Positions 33,180 through 43,320 of a DNA stretch of 64,000 nt are shown piece by piece. Origin of the DNA: an uncultured Clostridium sp. (GTDB lineage Bacteria; Bacillota; Clostridia; TANB77; CAG-508); the NCBI GenBank assembly GCA_964507565.1, contig CAZDPV010000002.1:24879-88878 (forward strand), written 5' to 3'. Made by a program: the position numbers and the translations under genes. Position 1 is the stretch's first letter. The number at the start of each line of letters is the position of its first letter. Under the pieces are notes generated by a model. The model was not told the origin of the DNA, searched no databases, and saw only the letters and a program-made list of their open reading frames with translations.

Positions 33180-36100
33180 ATGAGTAAAACAAAAATATAT
33201 GAATTAGCAAAAGAATTAAATGTAGAAAATAAGAAACTAGTAGAAATGGCTCAAAAATTGGGGATAAAAGCAACAAGTCATTTAAGTGGAATAGAAGATA
33301 GTGATGTAGAAAAAATAAAAAATAATATATCAAAAAATACATCATCTGAAAAAGAAGCAAAGAAACAAACAATCCAAAGCCCTTCTAGTAAAGATAAAAA
33401 AGTCGAAGCAAAAAAAATTAACTCTTCAAAAAATAATAAAAAGAAAAGTTCTTCAAACAAAAGCAATGAAGTAATGAATGAAAAAAGTAAAGAAGAGCAA
33501 AAGGGAGAACAGGTTAAAAAGACAGAATCGATAAATGTAAAAAAAGAAAGCAAAGATAGTTCAAAAAAAGAAGAAATAAAAACAACGGGTCATGTTATTA
33601 TAAGAAGAGAAGTAATTGTTGAAGAAGAAAAGAAAAATTCAAAACCAGTAAGAGAAAATAAAAATGGTATTGGATTTACTGAAAGACGCAACAAGGATTT
33701 TAATATTGTTTACAGAGAAAAGCCTGTAAAACCAATGACAGTAAATGAATTATTTGGAATAAAACCTAAAATAGCACCTAAAAAAGAAGAGCCTATTGCT
33801 TCTAATGAAGAACCAAAACAAATTGCTGAAAAAGAATTAAAATCTGTTGACCAAAATCAAAAAACATTAGATGATAAAAAAGTTATAATTAAAGAAGAAT
33901 CAGCTAAAAATGAAAATCAAGAAGAAAACAAACAGTCAAACGATAGAAACAATAAAAATGATTTTCAAAGAAATAATACTGTAAATAGAAATAATAGAAC
34001 TGAAAATGGTTTTAATAATAAAGATATGAATGGCTATAATAGAGATAATAGAAATAACAGAGAGTCTGGTTCATATAATAGAGACAATAGAAATTATAGA
34101 GATTCAAAAGATTCAGCAACATATAATAGAGATTCTGGCAATCCAAACAGAGAGTATAGAAATAACAATTATAACAACAGAAATAATAATTTCAACAATA
34201 ACAGAAGTAATTTCGGAAGAGATAATAGCAACAATAGAGATAATAACTTTGGAAGAAATAATTATAACAATAATAGAAGTAATTTTGGAAGAGATAATTA
34301 CAATAACAGAGATAACAACTCTTTCCAAAGAAATGTACAAAACAATCAAGACAGAGGATATTCAAGACAAAATGACAATGATTCTAGCAATACATTTAGA
34401 CATAATGATAGATTTGGAAATAGAAATCCAAATAGCAATTTTAATAGAAGTAATAACTCTGGATTTAATAATCATGTTGGAAACGGAACAAATTTTGCCA
34501 ATAGAGGAAATGGAACATTCCAAAGAAATAACAACAATGGATTTAAAAAGGATTTCAGAAAGCCTGGCATGGGACATTCTACAATTGATAAAGATATTAA
34601 GGATATTGTTTCAGTTGATTTTGGAGAAAAAGATAATCAAAGAGATTATAGTACAAAAATAATAGACAAACAAAAGGCAAATAGAAATTTTGATGACAAG
34701 AAAAAGACATCAAAAAGTAGAAGAAATGATGGTGAAGAGAATTTTGATGAAGACAAATTAAGAAACCTTAAACAAGTTGATAAACTTTCTAACATGTTTG
34801 AAGATCAAGAAGGTGGAATGTTAGATTATTATGATTTAACAACCGAAAGAGGAAAGAAAAATAAGAGAAAGATTAAGAGAAATGAAGATAGAAATAAGCA
34901 AAAAATCTTTGAACTAAAATCTATTCTAATTCCTGAAACTATTTCTGTAAAAGATTTGGCAGCAGAACTTAAAAAAACAAGTACAGAAGTTATAAAAAAA
35001 TTATTTGACTTGGGAATAATGGCATCAATAAATCAATCTTTAGATTTTGATACAGCATATCTTGTAGCGGATGGATTTGGTGTATATGCAACTAAAAAAG
35101 AAGTTGTAAAGGATGAAGACATACTATTTGATGACACAGACGATAAAGAGCAAGACTTACAAGACCGTCCACCAGTAGTAGTAGTTATGGGTCACGTTGA
35201 TCATGGAAAAACTTCTTTACTTGATGCAATTAGAAAAACAAATGTAATTGAAGGAGAAGCTGGAGGAATTACACAACATATTGGTGCGTATAAGGTAAAT
35301 GTTAATGGAAGAGAAATAACATTCTTAGATACTCCAGGTCACGAAGCATTTACAAGTATGCGTGCAAGAGGAGCACAAATAACAGATATTGCAATATTAG
35401 TAGTTGCAGCAGATGATGGTGTTATGCCTCAAACAATCGAAGCTATTAACCATGCTAAATCAGCTGGAATTCCAATAATTGTTGCTGTAAATAAAATTGA
35501 TTTACCAGGAGCAAATGTTGAAAAAGTAAAACAAGAGTTAATGAAATATGAGCTAGTTCCAGAAGAGTGGGGAGGAGATACAATTTTTGTACCAATCTCA
35601 GCTAAAAACAATATAAACATAGACAATTTACTAGAAATGGTATTATTAGTTGCAGATATGCAAAACCTTAAAGCTGATCCGAATAGACAATCTAAAGGTA
35701 CTGTTATTGAAGCTAGACTAGATAAGGCACAAGGACCAATAGCATCTGTATTAGTACAAAGAGGAACATTAAATGTTGGTGATACAATTATTCTTGGAAG
35801 TTCAATTGGAAAAATTAGAACAATGAAGAATGATAAAGGTAAGAATGTTAAAGAAGCAGGACCATCTACACCAGTTGAAATAACAGGATTGCATGATGTA
35901 CCAGAAGCAGGAGACACATTCTACGAAGTAAAAAATGAAAAGGTTGCTAAACATTTAATAGAACAAAGAAAACTTGAAAATCGTGAAAAGGCAATAGAAA
36001 ATACAGACACAGTAACATTAGACAATTTATTTGAGAAGATGGAAAGTGAAGAACTAAAACAATTAAGTATTATTTTAAAGACAGATGTTCAAGGAACAGC

Positions 36101-36662
36101 AGAAGCTTTGAAAACATCACTAGAAAAATTATCAAATGATGAAGTAAGAGTAAAAGTAATTCATTCAAATGCAGGAGGGGTTACTGAATCTGATGTTGAG
36201 CTTGCAAAAGCAGCGCATGCAATAATTATAGCATTTAATGTACGCCCTGTTGGTGCAACTAAAAAATTAGCTGAAAAAGAGGGTGTTGAAATAAAGCAAT
36301 ACTCAATTATTTATCAAGCATTAGAGGATGTTGAAGATGCTATGAAGGGAATGCTTGCACCAGTTTATAAAGAAGTTAATATTGGAAATGCAGAAGTTAG
36401 ACAAACATTTAAGATTTCAAATGTCGGAACTATTGCAGGATGTTTCGTACTAGATGGTAAACTTGCTAGAAATGCAGGAGTCAGAGTAATTCGTGATAGC
36501 GTTGTCATTCATGAAGGAAAGTTAATTTCATTAAAGAGATTTAAAGATGACGCAAAAGAAGTTTCAAAGGGATTTGAATGTGGACTTCAAATAGAAAGTT
36601 TTGATGATCTAAAAGAAGGAGACACAATAGAAGCCTTTATAAATGAGGAAGTTAAAAGATAA
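33180..36662 (+). CDS. infB: Translation initiation factor IF-2, unusually long (about 1160 aa) owing to an N/R/K-rich low-complexity insert
   Basis: Has the IF2_N domain ([29 protein letters not shown]). The G domain carries [20 protein letters not shown] and NKID, followed by C-terminal domains. I prefer the ATG at 33180, 11 nt after GGAGG (33164-33168); the ORF track starts at the in-frame GTG at 33168. Confidence 0.95.
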   Translation: MSKTKIYELAKELNVENKKLVEMAQKLGIKATSHLSGIEDSDVEKIKNNISKNTSSEKEAKKQTIQSPSSKDKKVEAKKINSSKNNKKKSSSNKSNEVMNEKSKEEQKGEQVKKTESINVKKESKDSSKKEEIKTTGHVIIRREVIVEEEKKNSKPVRENKNGIGFTERRNKDFNIVYREKPVKPMTVNELFGIKPKIAPKKEEPIASNEEPKQIAEKELKSVDQNQKTLDDKKVIIKEESAKNENQEENKQSNDRNNKNDFQRNNTVNRNNRTENGFNNKDMNGYNRDNRNNRESGSYNRDNRNYRDSKDSATYNRDSGNPNREYRNNNYNNRNNNFNNNRSNFGRDNSNNRDNNFGRNNYNNNRSNFGRDNYNNRDNNSFQRNVQNNQDRGYSRQNDNDSSNTFRHNDRFGNRNPNSNFNRSNNSGFNNHVGNGTNFANRGNGTFQRNNNNGFKKDFRKPGMGHSTIDKDIKDIVSVDFGEKDNQRDYSTKIIDKQKANRNFDDKKKTSKSRRNDGEENFDEDKLRNLKQVDKLSNMFEDQEGGMLDYYDLTTERGKKNKRKIKRNEDRNKQKIFELKSILIPETISVKDLAAELKKTSTEVIKKLFDLGIMASINQSLDFDTAYLVADGFGVYATKKEVVKDEDILFDDTDDKEQDLQDRPPVVVVMGHVDHGKTSLLDAIRKTNVIEGEAGGITQHIGAYKVNVNGREITFLDTPGHEAFTSMRARGAQITDIAILVVAADDGVMPQTIEAINHAKSAGIPIIVAVNKIDLPGANVEKVKQELMKYELVPEEWGGDTIFVPISAKNNINIDNLLEMVLLVADMQNLKADPNRQSKGTVIEARLDKAQGPIASVLVQRGTLNVGDTIILGSSIGKIRTMKNDKGKNVKEAGPSTPVEITGLHDVPEAGDTFYEVKNEKVAKHLIEQRKLENREKAIENTDTVTLDNLFEKMESEELKQLSIILKTDVQGTAEALKTSLEKLSNDEVRVKVIHSNAGGVTESDVELAKAAHAIIIAFNVRPVGATKKLAEKEGVEIKQYSIIYQALEDVEDAMKGMLAPVYKEVNIGNAEVRQTFKISNVGTIAGCFVLDGKLARNAGVRVIRDSVVIHEGKLISLKRFKDDAKEVSKGFECGLQIESFDDLKEGDTIEAFINEEVKR
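34194..34337 (+). repeat. Tandem 72-nt (24-codon) duplication inside the infB low-complexity region
   Basis: Unit 1 starts at 34194 (aacaataacagaagtaatttcggaagagataat...). Unit 2 starts at 34266 (aacaataatagaagtaattttggaagagataat...). They encode [24 protein letters not shown] and [24 protein letters not shown]. Confidence 0.8.
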
Positions 36663-36688
36663 ATAAACTTTTTGGAAAGGATAAAATA

Positions 36689-37042
36689 ATGGCTAAAAAT
36701 ACAAATAGACTTGGAAGGGTTAATGAGGAATTAAAAAAAGAAATAAGCCAAGTTATAAATTATGAATTAAAAAATCCCAACGTAAGTGGAATGGTCAGTG
36801 TAACTAGAGTAAACATAACACCTGATTTCAGATACGCAAAAGTTTACATTAGTTTGCTAAATTCAAAAAGTATAAAAGGAACCATAGAAGGGCTTAAAGA
36901 ATCGGCAGGATTTATAAGAAGCAGAGTTGCAAATACAATAAATTTAAGAATTACTCCACAATTAGTATTTGAATATGATGATTCTGAACTTCAAGGAGAA
37001 AAAATTGATGCCATATTAAGAGGGCTGAAAGAAAAGGAGTAA
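36689..37042 (+). CDS. rbfA: Ribosome-binding factor A
   Basis: 117 aa, with RLGRVNEELKKEISQVINYELKNP...VSVTRVNITPDFRYAKVYIS. It sits in the conserved position after infB. Confidence 0.92.
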   Translation: MAKNTNRLGRVNEELKKEISQVINYELKNPNVSGMVSVTRVNITPDFRYAKVYISLLNSKSIKGTIEGLKESAGFIRSRVANTINLRITPQLVFEYDDSELQGEKIDAILRGLKEKE

Positions 37043-37044
37043 AA

Positions 37045-37998
37045 ATGTCTACTTTAGATGAAATATTAAAAGAAATAAATAAAGCAAATAACATTATAAT
37101 ACTTACACATGAAAATCCAGATGGAGATGCTATAGGTTCAAGCCTTGCAGTATATAATATGTTAAAAAAACAGGGAAAGAATGTAGAAGTAGTAATACCA
37201 ACATATTCAAGGATATTCTCAAAATTACCTGGAATGAAAGATGCTAAAACAGAAGGAAAACTAAAACAATATGATTTAGCTATATCATTAGATTGTGCGA
37301 CAATAAAATTATTAAATGGATGGTCAAATTATTTTGAAGATGCATCACAAAGAATTGTAATAGATCATCATAGTACAAATGACATGTTTGGAGACTTAAA
37401 TTATGTAGATTTAAGTGCTCCAGCATGTGCACAGGTTTTATATACAATATTCAAATCTTATGGCTGGCAAATAGACCAAGATATTGGAACATGTCTAATG
37501 ACAGGGATTATTACAGATACAGGAGGATTTCAGTATTCTGGGGTATCAAAAGAAACATTTGAAATAGCATCAAATTTATTATCATTAGGAGTAAATATTT
37601 CTAAAATATATAAACAAGTTATGGAAACACATACTAAGGCTAGTATGGAACTAATGAAAATAGCATTAAATAGAATGGAATTTATACATGATAGTAAAAT
37701 AACATTTACATATATAACTAAAGAAGATGAAGAAAAAGTTGGAGCTGAAACTGGAGACTATGAAGGGATTGTAAATGAAGGAAGAAACATTGAAGGTGTT
37801 GAGGTTTCAATATTCTTACATGAAATGAATGATTGCTATAAGGCCTCTCTAAGGGCAAATGAATATGTAAATGTTTCTGATGTATGCTTAATGTTTGGAG
37901 GCGGTGGACATATCAAGGCAGCAGGTGCAAAAATGATTGGAACTCCAGAACAAATTAAAGAAAAATTAGTAAAAGAAGTGGAAAGACAGCTTAAATAA
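37045..37998 (+). CDS. nrnA: DHH/DHHA1 phosphoesterase, NrnA-type nanoRNase/pAp phosphatase
   Basis: Contains HENPDGDAIGS, LDCA, VIDHHSTN (DHH) and FGGGGHIKAAGA (DHHA1 GGGH). It sits between rbfA and truB, as is typical in Firmicutes. Confidence 0.85.
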   Translation: MSTLDEILKEINKANNIIILTHENPDGDAIGSSLAVYNMLKKQGKNVEVVIPTYSRIFSKLPGMKDAKTEGKLKQYDLAISLDCATIKLLNGWSNYFEDASQRIVIDHHSTNDMFGDLNYVDLSAPACAQVLYTIFKSYGWQIDQDIGTCLMTGIITDTGGFQYSGVSKETFEIASNLLSLGVNISKIYKQVMETHTKASMELMKIALNRMEFIHDSKITFTYITKEDEEKVGAETGDYEGIVNEGRNIEGVEVSIFLHEMNDCYKASLRANEYVNVSDVCLMFGGGGHIKAAGAKMIGTPEQIKEKLVKEVERQLK

Positions 37999-38039
37999 AT
38001 TTTAAAAGAATATTTTACATAATAATTGGAGAAAATAAA

Positions 38040-38867
38040 ATGAACGGATTAGTAATAGTTGATAAACCAATAGGAGTTACATCTTTTGATGTAATTAGGA
38101 ATATTAGAAAAGAATATAATATAAAAAAAGTTGGACATATTGGAACTCTTGATCCAATGGCAACGGGAGTATTACCAGTACTTATAGGCGAAGCAACTAA
38201 ACTATCTGATTATTTAATGGAACATGATAAAGAATATATAGCTGTATTAAAACTAGGAGAAAAAAGAGATACAGGGGACAGCGAAGGAAGTATTATTGAA
38301 GAAGATAACCTTTCAAACTGCATATTATCAAAAGATAATATTTTAAAAAATCTTAAATATTTTGAAGGTGAAAGCATGCAAATTCCACCAATGTATTCGG
38401 CTATTAAAGTAAATGGAAAAAAACTATATGAACTTGCTAGAAAAGGAGAAACAATACAAAGAACTCCCAGAAAAATTCATATAAGCAATATTATGTTAAA
38501 TAAAATAGACAACGAAAATAATGAAATAGAGTATGGTGTTACTTGTTCAAAAGGAACGTATATTAGAGTATTGTGTGAAGATATAGCAAAAAAACTTAAT
38601 ACGGTTGGCTATATGAAGTCTTTAAGAAGAATTAAAGTAGGCAATTTTAAAATTTCAGAAGCTGGAAAGTTTATAGAAATGGAAAAAATATTAGATAGTA
38701 ATAAAAAAATAGAGATAATACATGATGATGATATCAAAAAGCTTTTAAATGGAGTTTCTATAAATATCGCAAATGCAAATGACTTATATAATTTATACTA
38801 TAATAATAAATACTTAGGAATTGGAGAAGTTAAAAACCAAATTTTAAGAAGAAAAATTATTATATAA
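38040..38867 (+). CDS. truB: tRNA pseudouridine(55) synthase TruB
   Basis: Contains GLVIVDKPIGVTSFDV...KKVGHIGTLDPMATGVLPV (catalytic Asp motif) and IPPMYSAIKVNGKKLYELAR. Confidence 0.94.
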   Translation: MNGLVIVDKPIGVTSFDVIRNIRKEYNIKKVGHIGTLDPMATGVLPVLIGEATKLSDYLMEHDKEYIAVLKLGEKRDTGDSEGSIIEEDNLSNCILSKDNILKNLKYFEGESMQIPPMYSAIKVNGKKLYELARKGETIQRTPRKIHISNIMLNKIDNENNEIEYGVTCSKGTYIRVLCEDIAKKLNTVGYMKSLRRIKVGNFKISEAGKFIEMEKILDSNKKIEIIHDDDIKKLLNGVSINIANANDLYNLYYNNKYLGIGEVKNQILRRKIII

Positions 38868-38960
38868 TATATAAAAATTATGGAAAAAACATACAAATTA
38901 TTATACAATCTTAATAGTAAATTTTTCTAAAAAAAATTTTTGGAAAATGCAAAAAAAGTA

Positions 38961-38989
38961 TTGCAATTTTTTTAAATATATGGTATTGT
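38961..38989 (+). promoter_or_regulatory. Candidate promoter of the 6S-like RNA
   Basis: TTGCAA (38961-38966), a 17-nt spacer, then TATTGT (38984-38989), preceded by TG at 38981-38982 (extended -10 geometry). Confidence 0.5.
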
Positions 38990-38997
38990 ATAAATGT

Positions 38998-39190
38998 AAA
39001 GTGAATTCATTCCTGCCTGGTTCGTGCAAATTAGGATTTTAGAACCAACAAATAGATTAAAGGGAGTCCGCCTTTGAATGTGGCGTGTATGCTTAACATA
39101 ACGTTATGAAACCCAGAAGCATTCGACAAGACACCCACCTGTGTAAACAGGCTCTTAAAATTCTTAATTAACGGCCGAGGCGGGCCTTTT
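38998..39190 (+). ncRNA. ssrS: 6S RNA (RNA-polymerase-binding regulatory RNA); ends uncertain by about 10 nt
   Basis: A GC-rich island of about 190 nt in AT-rich DNA with no ORF. cctgcctggttcgt (39012-39025) pairs with acggccgaggcggg (39171-39184). aattaggattttagaacc pairs with ggctcttaaaattcttaatt, giving the long irregular helix. The central region TTTGAATGTGGCGTGTATGCT ... CAGAAGCATTCGACAAGACACCCACCT resembles, from memory, the conserved bubble-flanking sequence of E. coli 6S (GAAUGUGGCG ... GAGAAGCC...CGACGACACAUUCACCU) and B. subtilis 6S-1. It ends in a T9 run (39187-39195). Confidence 0.7.
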
Positions 39191-39301
39191 TTTTTGCCAA
39201 AAAAACAGTTAATTTATTTATAGCTAAAACACTTTAATTATTGTTGAAAAATGGAACTTAATGTGATAAAATGATAAAAAATATATTATGGAGATGCAGT
39301 T

Positions 39302-40144
39302 ATGAGAAAAGAAACTACTGTAATAGTAAATGGAAACGATAATTATAAAATAAAGAGAAAATTACTAATTACTATAATACTTTTAATTTGTGCAATAATA
39401 ATAAGTGCTTACTCTATAAATACATATATTACATCTAAAAAATTTGCAAATGAGGTAAATGAATTTGCAAAGTTGAATTCCAAAACAGTATTCAGTATAG
39501 ACAAAATATATTTATATAGTTCAGCAAATGCGATAAATAACGAAGAAAAAAGACCAATATGGAACGTTAATATTTATCAATATACAGATATAGCACTTTA
39601 CATAAATAATAAATCTACAGAAAAATTAAACTATGAAAATTCAATAAAGCAATTATATATAGACAATGTAAAGTTCTCTGGCTTAAATACTGGAAATCCG
39701 AGCCTATATTATAAAAATATAAATGATTTTGCAAAATTTAAAATTGAAAAAGAAAATCAAATTACAGATAAATTGGAATACAAAGTATTAAATGATGGCG
39801 ATTTAGACTACTCAAAACCGGAAATTTATGCAGACACATCAACTCCTATTACTCTCGAATATATAAATAGTAATATAAAAGAAAATACAATACTTTCAGA
39901 TATAACAACTGATTTAAAATATGACGGAACAATACTAAGAAAAAGTGCGGTAATATTAGGTGATATTAAGTGCACGATGTCTTTTAATATAACAATAATA
40001 AATTATTACAATCAAAAATTTATTGCAACTGCCTATATTGAAGTTCCACTAGAAGATTCAGTAACAGGCGAAACAATATATAATGGTAAAATTGTTAAAA
40101 AGGTAGAAAATGCAAATACAATAAGATTTTTTAGAATGGAATAG
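39302..40144 (+). CDS. Single-pass membrane protein, unknown function
   Basis: GGAGA RBS. N-terminal TM is LLITIILLICAIIISAYSI, followed by an extracytoplasmic domain of about 240 aa with no recognised motif. Confidence 0.6.
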   Translation: MRKETTVIVNGNDNYKIKRKLLITIILLICAIIISAYSINTYITSKKFANEVNEFAKLNSKTVFSIDKIYLYSSANAINNEEKRPIWNVNIYQYTDIALYINNKSTEKLNYENSIKQLYIDNVKFSGLNTGNPSLYYKNINDFAKFKIEKENQITDKLEYKVLNDGDLDYSKPEIYADTSTPITLEYINSNIKENTILSDITTDLKYDGTILRKSAVILGDIKCTMSFNITIINYYNQKFIATAYIEVPLEDSVTGETIYNGKIVKKVENANTIRFFRME

Positions 40145-40255
40145 GATGAATTAAATCTTTTGCTATAAAACTTTTAAAAATAGCATAATTTTAATTTTAG
40201 AAACAATATAGTATTATACAAAAGAATAAAAAAGCAGAGAGGAAATAAAAAATAA

Positions 40256-41092
40256 ATGACAATAAAAGAAGCAATAAACTTGGGAAGTAAAATAATAAAT
40301 ATAATTGATGCAAAGTCACTATTAAAATATGCATTAAATGTAGATAATCAATATTTAATAATAAATTATGAAAAAGAATTAACTAATGATAATATAAACA
40401 AATATTTTAAGCAAATAGATTTAATCAAAAATGGAAAACCTTTGCAGTACATAACAAATAAACAAGAATTTATGGGACTTAATTTTTATGTAAATGAAGA
40501 TGTTCTAATACCACAGCCAGATACGGAAATTCTTGTAGAAGAAACATTAAAAATAGTAGAAAAAATAAAAAATGAACAGTCAAGAAAAATTAGAATATTA
40601 GATCTTTGCACAGGAAGTGGAGCCATAGGAATCTCAATAAAGAAAATGGCTCAAAATAGTGATATTGAGATGTGGGCATCAGACATAAGTCCCAAAGCAC
40701 TGGAAGTTGCAAAAATGAATACTAAAAACATTCTAAATGATGAGAATAATATTAAATTTATACAATCAGACTTATTTGATAATATCCACTCTTTAAAGAA
40801 ATTTGATATAATTATTTCAAATCCACCGTACATAAAAACAGAAATGATTAAAACATTAGACAAAGATGTGCAAAACGAACCTATATTAGCATTAGATGGA
40901 GGAATAGATGGTTGCGATTTTTATAGAAAAATTCGATCAAATATTGTAAACTATGTTGACGGGTATGTTCTACTTGAAATTGGATATGACCTAAAAGAAG
41001 AAGTAATAAATATTTTTGAAGGAGCTACTTGCAAAAAGGATTATGCAGGTAACGATAGGGTAATAATATGGAATCATTTTCTGCAAAGATAA
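40256..41092 (+). CDS. prmC: Peptide chain release factor N5-glutamine methyltransferase (PrmC/HemK)
   Basis: Contains PLQYITNKQEFMGLNFYVNEDVLIPQPDTE, the SAM motif ILDLCTGSGAIG, and the catalytic motif IISNPPYI. Confidence 0.9.
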   Translation: MTIKEAINLGSKIINIIDAKSLLKYALNVDNQYLIINYEKELTNDNINKYFKQIDLIKNGKPLQYITNKQEFMGLNFYVNEDVLIPQPDTEILVEETLKIVEKIKNEQSRKIRILDLCTGSGAIGISIKKMAQNSDIEMWASDISPKALEVAKMNTKNILNDENNIKFIQSDLFDNIHSLKKFDIIISNPPYIKTEMIKTLDKDVQNEPILALDGGIDGCDFYRKIRSNIVNYVDGYVLLEIGYDLKEEVINIFEGATCKKDYAGNDRVIIWNHFLQR

Positions 41093-41898
41093 AAGAAGAA
41101 CTAAGCAAACTAAATAATTTATCAAATAAAGATTTAGTAAAAGCTGAATTAGAAGGATACTTGAGTGTAAATTCATCTAATCAGTTTGTAACAGAAAATC
41201 AATATAATATAAATAGATTTGGAAAACTTTTAAATAATATAGGACAAAATAGCTACTCTATTGAAATACAGGGAAAAAAATTTTGCATTAAAACAAAGAA
41301 AAAAATAAAAATAAATGAAGAAATAAAAACAAATGAACAAATTAGGGCTTTTGTAAGAGGTTGCTTTTTAGCATCTGGTTCAGTAAGTAATCCGAGAAAT
41401 CTTTATCATTTAGAAATAATATTTGAAAACGAGGAAAATGCATTAAATATTAAATATTTTTTATCAGAAAATGAAATAAACTCAAAAATTATTACAAGAG
41501 AAGATAAGTACATTATATATATAAAAGAAGGAGATAGCATATCTAAATTTTTAGCATTTATTGGAGCAAGCAAAGCAGTGCTGGATTTTGAAGATATGAG
41601 AGTAATAAAATCTGTAAGGAATAATGTTAATAGGCTAGTAAATTGCGAAACGGCAAATCTTAATAAAACAATTTCTGCGTCCGTAAAACAAATTGAATAT
41701 ATAAAACTAATAAAGGAAAAACATAAATTTGATAAACTTTCGGAAAAAGAAAAAGAACTGGCAAATTTAAGATTAGAAAACGAGGACTTAACTCTTGAAG
41801 AATTGGGAAAATTACTAGAGCCAAGCATAAGTAAATCTGGTGTAAATCATAGAATGTCAAATATACTAAAATTTGCAGAAGAATTAAAAAATAAATAG
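41068..41898 (+). CDS. whiA: DNA-binding protein WhiA
   Basis: Contains MESFSAKIKEELS..., RAFVRGCFLASGSVSNPRNLYHLEI (degenerate LAGLIDADG fold) and the C-terminal HTH LTLEELGKLLEPSISKSGVNHRMSNI. It overlaps the end of prmC by 25 nt. Confidence 0.9.
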   Translation: MESFSAKIKEELSKLNNLSNKDLVKAELEGYLSVNSSNQFVTENQYNINRFGKLLNNIGQNSYSIEIQGKKFCIKTKKKIKINEEIKTNEQIRAFVRGCFLASGSVSNPRNLYHLEIIFENEENALNIKYFLSENEINSKIITREDKYIIYIKEGDSISKFLAFIGASKAVLDFEDMRVIKSVRNNVNRLVNCETANLNKTISASVKQIEYIKLIKEKHKFDKLSEKEKELANLRLENEDLTLEELGKLLEPSISKSGVNHRMSNILKFAEELKNK

Positions 41899-41913
41899 AA
41901 AGAAAGGCATGGA

Positions 41914-43047
41914 ATGAAAGATATTGGAATATATGTGCATATACCATTTTGCAAAAGTAAATGCAATTATTGCGACTTTACATCTTTTCAAAATAAAGAC
42001 AATAAAATAAGTGAATATATTGCATGCTTAAAAAAAGAAATAGAGAGTAAATCGGATGATGAGTATTTTGTAAAGACAATATATATAGGTGGAGGAACGC
42101 CTTCATATATAAATTCACAATATATTGAAGAAATATTACAGACAATTGAAACCAGCTTTAAAGTGTATGAAAAATGTGAGATTTCAATAGAAGTAAATCC
42201 AGGAAGTGCAGACGAAAAAAAACTAGAGGAATACTTTAATTCAGGAATCAATAGATTAAGTATAGGAATGCAGTCAGGTAATGATAATATTCTAAAAACA
42301 ATAGGTAGAATTCATACATATAGTGATTTCAAAACAACGGTTATAAATGCAAAAAAAGTTGGTTTTACTAACTTAAATGCAGATATAATAATTGGACTGC
42401 CAAATCAAACAATTTATGATGTTGAAAATACGATAGATAGCTTACTAGAGTTAGATTTAAAGCATATTTCAGTATATTCACTCATAGTTGAAGAAAATAC
42501 TAAACTAGAAAAAATGCTGAATAACAAAGAATTAAAACTGCCAGATGAAGAAATTGAAAGATATATGTACTGGTTTGCTAAAAGAAAATTGGAAGGTAAG
42601 GGTTATAATCATTATGAAATATCAAATTTTGCAAAACCAGGATATTGCTCTAAGCATAATTTAGACTGCTGGAATCAAAAAGAGTATTTAGGGTTTGGAG
42701 TATCTGCATCTTCATATGAAAATGCAGTAAGATATACTAATACAAATTGCATAGAAACATATATTAGAAACATATTAGAAAATAATAATTATAAAAACAT
42801 TAAAATAGAGGAAAAACAAGATAAACAGGCAAAAATGAATGAATATATGATGTTAGGACTAAGAAAGATAAGTGGAGTTAGCATAAATGAGTTTAGAACA
42901 AAATTTGACAGAAATCCGATACAACTATATAAGGAAATATTAACCAAATTACTACAAGAGAATCTTATTATAGTGGATACAAATTGCATAAAATTAAGCA
43001 AGAAAGGAATAGATTTAGCAAATTTGGTATGGGAAGAATTTGTCTGA
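41914..43047 (+). CDS. hemW: Radical SAM family heme chaperone HemW (HemN-like)
   Basis: Contains YVHIPFCKSKCNYCDF (CxxxCxxC), IYIGGGTPS, GINRLSIGMQS and a C-terminal HemN_C-like region. Confidence 0.87.
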   Translation: MKDIGIYVHIPFCKSKCNYCDFTSFQNKDNKISEYIACLKKEIESKSDDEYFVKTIYIGGGTPSYINSQYIEEILQTIETSFKVYEKCEISIEVNPGSADEKKLEEYFNSGINRLSIGMQSGNDNILKTIGRIHTYSDFKTTVINAKKVGFTNLNADIIIGLPNQTIYDVENTIDSLLELDLKHISVYSLIVEENTKLEKMLNNKELKLPDEEIERYMYWFAKRKLEGKGYNHYEISNFAKPGYCSKHNLDCWNQKEYLGFGVSASSYENAVRYTNTNCIETYIRNILENNNYKNIKIEEKQDKQAKMNEYMMLGLRKISGVSINEFRTKFDRNPIQLYKEILTKLLQENLIIVDTNCIKLSKKGIDLANLVWEEFV

Positions 43048-43117
43048 AATCATTGACTTTAAACATTGCAAATGCTAAAATAACTTATATGAAAATAATA
43101 TGCTAAGGAGAATAATA

Positions 43118-43288
43118 ATGTCAAAAAATAAAACTGAATTAGATAATGAAATACGAGATAATAAAGTAAAAATAAAAAAACATCATAATCCCGCTCGTGG
43201 AGCAGTTAGGATAATAGCACTACTTTTAGCTTTAATTATGCTATTTGCATCTGCAGGTACCCTAATATTTTATCTAATGTTAAAATAA
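43118..43288 (+). CDS. Small C-terminally anchored membrane protein (56 aa), unknown function
   Basis: ATG at 43118 lies 7 nt after AAGGAG; the ORF track starts at 43100 in the same frame. A basic N-terminal half is followed by the TM IIALLLALIMLFASAGTLIFYLML. Confidence 0.45.
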   Translation: MSKNKTELDNEIRDNKVKIKKHHNPARGAVRIIALLLALIMLFASAGTLIFYLMLK

Positions 43289-43320
43289 AAAAATAAAACT
43301 ATGTAACAGGAGGATAAATT

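Noticed and set aside
34030-34662. A 210-aa + strand ORF (I/E/T-rich) and the - strand ORFs at 34113-34577
   Set aside because: These are alternative frames of the infB low-complexity AAT/AGA-rich repeat region. They are composition artefacts lying wholly inside a well-supported gene.
38998-39190. Reading the GC-rich structured element as a riboswitch/leader for the downstream membrane protein, or as SRP RNA or tmRNA
   Set aside because: It ends in its own T9 terminator about 110 nt before the next start codon, and the next gene has its own AT-rich upstream region. The size and the end-to-end helix fit 6S RNA. I did not find the SRP domain IV sequence (GGAAGCAGCC-like) or a tmRNA tag ORF. 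A covariance-model search is still needed.
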